From Marispirochaeta sp. (lineage in GTDB: Bacteria; Spirochaetota; Spirochaetia; JC444; Marispirochaetaceae), in assembly GCA_963676835.2 (NCBI GenBank), contig CAXXFF010000001.1, forward strand, positions 768,001-832,000: a stretch of DNA of 64,000 nt, given 5' to 3'. The translations under genes were made by a program, and so were the position numbers. The notes beneath the pieces were generated by a model. The model worked only from the letters and a program-made list of their open reading frames with translations, was not told the DNA's origin and searched no databases. Shown here in pieces: positions 60,771 to 64,000 of the stretch; positions within the stretch are counted from its first letter, which is position 1, and each line of letters begins with the position of its first letter.

Positions 60771-62318
60771 ATGTCGAGAGCGAGGATTCATGTGAAACAC
60801 ATGCGTAAACTGCTTGCGCTCACGTACGAGAGCAAGCTGGGACTTCGGGATGTATCCCAACTGACCGGAGTATCTAAAACCACAGTCAGCGAATATCTGG
60901 TGCGATTCCGCCGCACCGGGATCAGCTATGCAGCAAGCCAAAAGCTTACCGATGAGCAGCTGCTTGGCCTGTTCGAAGAGAAAAAGCAGGAAGAAAGTGA
61001 GCAGTATACACAACTAACGACACTGTTCCCCGAGTACGCCAAACGGCTGAAACAGCGGGGGATGACGAAGCAGTTCCTATGGAAGGAATACCGTAGAAAG
61101 TATCCAAACGGATATAGATACAGTCAGTTCTGTCACCACTTTACGGTGTTTCTGGACTGCGGTGAGGTGACGATGCGTCAGCCCCACGAGCCTGGAGATA
61201 TGGCATATCTCGACTATGCCGGAGAAACGTTCCCTTACTATCCTGATGGAGATGAGCAGCGGGCACAAATATTCGTTGCGGTACTCGGAGCAAGTCAGCT
61301 GGCCTATGTTGAAGCAAGTGAGAGCCAGAAACAAGAGGCCTTTGTCCGCTCCACAGAACGGGCTCTGAGGTACTTCGGCGGGGTTCCGCGAGCTCTCGTC
61401 CCGGATAACCTGAAGGCGGCCGTGCTCAGTGCGAGTAAATATGAGCCGGAGCTTAATCCGTTGTTCGATGATTTTGCCGATTACTACCGGACGACGATAA
61501 TCCCCGCCAGGGCCTATAAACCGAAAGACAAATCCCTGGCGGAGAATGCCGTCAAGTTAACCTATCAGCGGATATTCGCCCCGCTGTACGGCAAGAGGTT
61601 CCATTCGTTGGCTGAGCTCAACCAGGCCATCGCAGAACTTCTTGAAGAACACAATACCCGGAAACTGACAAAGCTGCAAATCTCACGGCGTCAGTTGTTT
61701 GAAGAGATCGAACGGTCTGCGCTGAAGACGCTGCCGGGCGAACCGTATCCAATGAAATACTTCGAAACTCACAAGGTTGCACCGGACTATCACTTTATCC
61801 TGTCAAAAGATAAGCACTACTACTCTGTTCCCTGGCAGCTGAAGGGAGAACAGGTCAAAGTGATCTTTGATGAGCGAATTATAGCGGTATATCACAAGAA
61901 TGTACGCGTAGCCCAGCACCGCCGGAGCAGAAAGAAAGGACAATACTCCACACAGTCCGCACACATGCCCAGGCACCATCAGTTTGTTGAATCATGGTCG
62001 GCGGAGAAGTTTACCACCTGGGCTCAGTCGATTGGAGAAGAGACGTTCCTGGTGATTTCACATCTATTAAACAGCAAGCCACATGAGCAGCAGGCGTACA
62101 AATCCTGCCTTGGTGTGCTGAACCTGGCAAAGGATGCCGGATCACACCGGCTGAACTGGGCCTGCCGACGTGCGTTGAACTACTCGAGAATCAGTTATCG
62201 GGATGTTCGTGCATATCTGGATGAAATCATGCGACAAGAAAAGGATGAACAGCAGAACAAACAGGTGTTTCTCTTCGCCGATCACAAGAACCTGCGGGAT
62301 TCTGCAATCTACAAATGA
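60771..62318 (+). CDS. istA: IS21-family transposase IstA
   Basis: N-terminal HTH, YSQFC, DYAG, FGGVP..LVPDNLK, PKDK..AENAV, YYSVP. Confidence 0.95.
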   Translation: MSRARIHVKHMRKLLALTYESKLGLRDVSQLTGVSKTTVSEYLVRFRRTGISYAASQKLTDEQLLGLFEEKKQEESEQYTQLTTLFPEYAKRLKQRGMTKQFLWKEYRRKYPNGYRYSQFCHHFTVFLDCGEVTMRQPHEPGDMAYLDYAGETFPYYPDGDEQRAQIFVAVLGASQLAYVEASESQKQEAFVRSTERALRYFGGVPRALVPDNLKAAVLSASKYEPELNPLFDDFADYYRTTIIPARAYKPKDKSLAENAVKLTYQRIFAPLYGKRFHSLAELNQAIAELLEEHNTRKLTKLQISRRQLFEEIERSALKTLPGEPYPMKYFETHKVAPDYHFILSKDKHYYSVPWQLKGEQVKVIFDERIIAVYHKNVRVAQHRRSRKKGQYSTQSAHMPRHHQFVESWSAEKFTTWAQSIGEETFLVISHLLNSKPHEQQAYKSCLGVLNLAKDAGSHRLNWACRRALNYSRISYRDVRAYLDEIMRQEKDEQQNKQVFLFADHKNLRDSAIYK

Positions 62319-62326
62319 GGTAACCG

Positions 62327-63067
62327 ATGAATAATAATCAGGCGACAATCAACAAGATGACCGAGATGCGTCTCCACGGAATGGTACAGGCCTTCCGTAC
62401 ACTGCAGGAGACCGGACGCCATATGGATCTTACAACCGATGAGGTTATCAGCTACCTTGTCGACTCAGAATGGGATGAGAAACACAATCGCCGACTGGCG
62501 CGCCTTGCCAATGCGGCCCGTTTCCGCTATAAGGCAGCGATTGAAGATATCGACTATACCTTCGACCGGAATCTGGACAAAAACCAGATCTTAAGACTTG
62601 CAGCCTGCTCCTGGATATCCCGGGGGCAGGACCTGCTCATCACGGGTCCGACCGGAGGAGGAAAAAGTTTTCTTGGATCGGCTTTCGGACATCAGGCATG
62701 TCAGTATGGGTATACCGTCGCTTACTTTTCCACAACGCGTTTATTCAATGAAATAGCGGCGGCAAGGGATGATGGAACCTACCTGAAGCACTTGTCACGC
62801 ATAATGAAAAACAAGCTGGTCATTATCGATGACTTCGGTCTGGAACCGCTGGAGCATACTGCACGGATGGCATTTCTTGAAATCCTTGAAGATCGACACC
62901 GGAGAAAATCTACGATAGTGATCGCCCAACAGCCGGTAGAAAACTGGCACAGCATTATCGGTGACCCCACGATTGCCGATGCCATAATGGACCGTCTTGC
63001 CTTTCATTCTCATAGAATTGTAATAACCGGGGACTCGGTAAGGAGGAAACTCTATGCTGTAGATTGA
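62327..63067 (+). CDS. istB: IS21-family ATPase IstB
   Basis: GPTGGGKS, IIDDFG, TIADAIMDRL, GDSVRR. Confidence 0.95.
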   Translation: MNNNQATINKMTEMRLHGMVQAFRTLQETGRHMDLTTDEVISYLVDSEWDEKHNRRLARLANAARFRYKAAIEDIDYTFDRNLDKNQILRLAACSWISRGQDLLITGPTGGGKSFLGSAFGHQACQYGYTVAYFSTTRLFNEIAAARDDGTYLKHLSRIMKNKLVIIDDFGLEPLEHTARMAFLEILEDRHRRKSTIVIAQQPVENWHSIIGDPTIADAIMDRLAFHSHRIVITGDSVRRKLYAVD

Positions 63068-63675
63068 CGCAAAACGGACACCTGATCATACTGAAGACGA
63101 GGATTTACTTCCTTCAGGCAGCTGTCCGTTTTCCGCCGGAATCACTGTCCGAAATCATCGGAATACACATACTAGGTAGAACATCTTCACTACTAATTAG
63201 AAACTGCTTTTGTATATAGCCGATATCATTCTGGTAATAGAATGTTCTGTGAATAACCTGCTTGATGGGACTATCGGAGGGCAAGGAGCTGATATCACGG
63301 GTTTCGGTGATTTCTCCTGTTTGGTAATCATAGGTAAGAAGTTTTTTCTTGTTATCTGATAGAATCAGATAAGTTTGCTCAAGAGGGCCAAGCCCCCATT
63401 TATAGCCAGTAAAAGGTATAATACTTAAGCTATTGTCTAAGAAATTTACTCTTGAGAAAGAACGTGGGGGATTCTGCCCACTTCCAAATGATCCAAAAAA
63501 ATCTTTTTGCGTATTCGAATATCTTAAAATATCAATATTCCCTGTATCTTTATACCCAGTAATTTTCTTTGACATCTGTGAGATTATAGAAAAATCAAAT
63601 TCCTGACTGAACAACGAAAAAGGGAAAAGCAACATTATTAAAGTTATAATTCCAATTGTATTTCGAAGTATTTTA

Positions 63676-64000
63676 TCATTCTGCATAATTTATCTCCCGC
63701 AGGCTATCCCATCTGTCGGATCTGAAAATATTGTCCATAGTTAAACTCTTATTATCCTCAATATTGACTTCATCAATACGCTGTTGAATGGCTTCCCTGA
63801 AGTATATCCAGGTGTGCTGCATACTGTATTGCTCAATCGGCTCAAGCCAGCCTCGTGTATAATCCGCACCTCCACCAAGGCTGTTTATCAGGATTCCAGC
63901 ATTGGATTCAGACTGAAAAAGCGACTTACACGCATACTCATCTTCATCATCCAATAAGCGTGCCCACCATCCGTATAATGGGTATGCATCAGACTGGCTC
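63676..64000 (-). CDS. 3' end of a paralog of the M23 gene (candidate toxin 2); begins beyond window
   Basis: Frame open to the edge: SQSDAYPLYGWWARLL...WLEPIEQYSMQHTWIYF...IFRSDRWD; same motifs end 56854-57849. Confidence 0.8.
   Translation of the reverse strand, partial: SQSDAYPLYGWWARLLDDEDEYACKSLFQSESNAGILINSLGGGADYTRGWLEPIEQYSMQHTWIYFREAIQQRIDEVNIEDNKSLTMDNIFRSDRWDSLREINYAE

Larger units (their letters stand above)
60573..63169 (+). mobile_element. IS21-family insertion sequence, complete
   Basis: TGTGTA...TACACA ends, multiple subterminal CGGACA repeats, TACT duplicated at 60569-60572 and 63170-63173, istA-istB. Confidence 0.95.
59772..63686 (-). pseudogene. Paralogous exported SH3b protein (candidate immunity protein 2) split by IS21 element
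   Basis: 63686-63170 plus 60568-59772 join in frame (EDVLPS-KIGVLDF) to 437 aa; signal peptide; shares YYQ.D.GY.Q, HAISPDK, YKLEDRDFILY and SH3b with 55504-56787. Confidence 0.9.

Noticed and set aside
51274..64000. Island as a prophage or complete integron
   Set aside because: No phage structural, terminase or integrase gene and only one attC-like element inside this window; cannot exclude such genes beyond it

Overview
Bacterial chromosomal window, most likely from a free-living anaerobic spirochaete (Spirochaetaceae). This is inferred from the type-2 IleRS, the spirochaete-style SH3b domains, the tandem-cNMP Crp protein and the gene order. About 1-51.2 kb is core genome: a GH57-like gene, the rnfCDGEAB operon, pcnB, hisS-hrpA, aroB, iscS-thiI, hisFH, ileS, a CoA-persulfide reductase fusion, valS, an ECF sigma/anti-sigma operon, cysS, murB-mgtE, two ackA genes, MocR/DUF2917, a TPP-riboswitch-controlled ykoFE-ykoDC ECF transporter and an MFS transporter. 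From about 51.3 kb to the end is a visibly AT-richer accessory island. It holds four type II toxin-antitoxin pairs, an Rpn (PD-(D/E)XK) nuclease with a likely internal start, an attC-like palindrome, short REP-like repeats and a complete IS21-family element (4-bp TACT duplication). The most notable structure is a repeated, decaying two-gene unit. One gene carries an NlpC/P60-like remnant followed by a variable M23 peptidase C-terminus. The second encodes an exported protein with a variable N-terminus and an almost invariant C-terminal SH3b domain (332 bp, 10 mismatches between copies). Two further eroded copies of this constant arm lie between the TA modules. The layout suggests a possibly undescribed polymorphic peptidoglycan-hydrolase/immunity cassette array. 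This functional reading is inference; the repeats, motifs, frameshifts and insertion site are seen directly.
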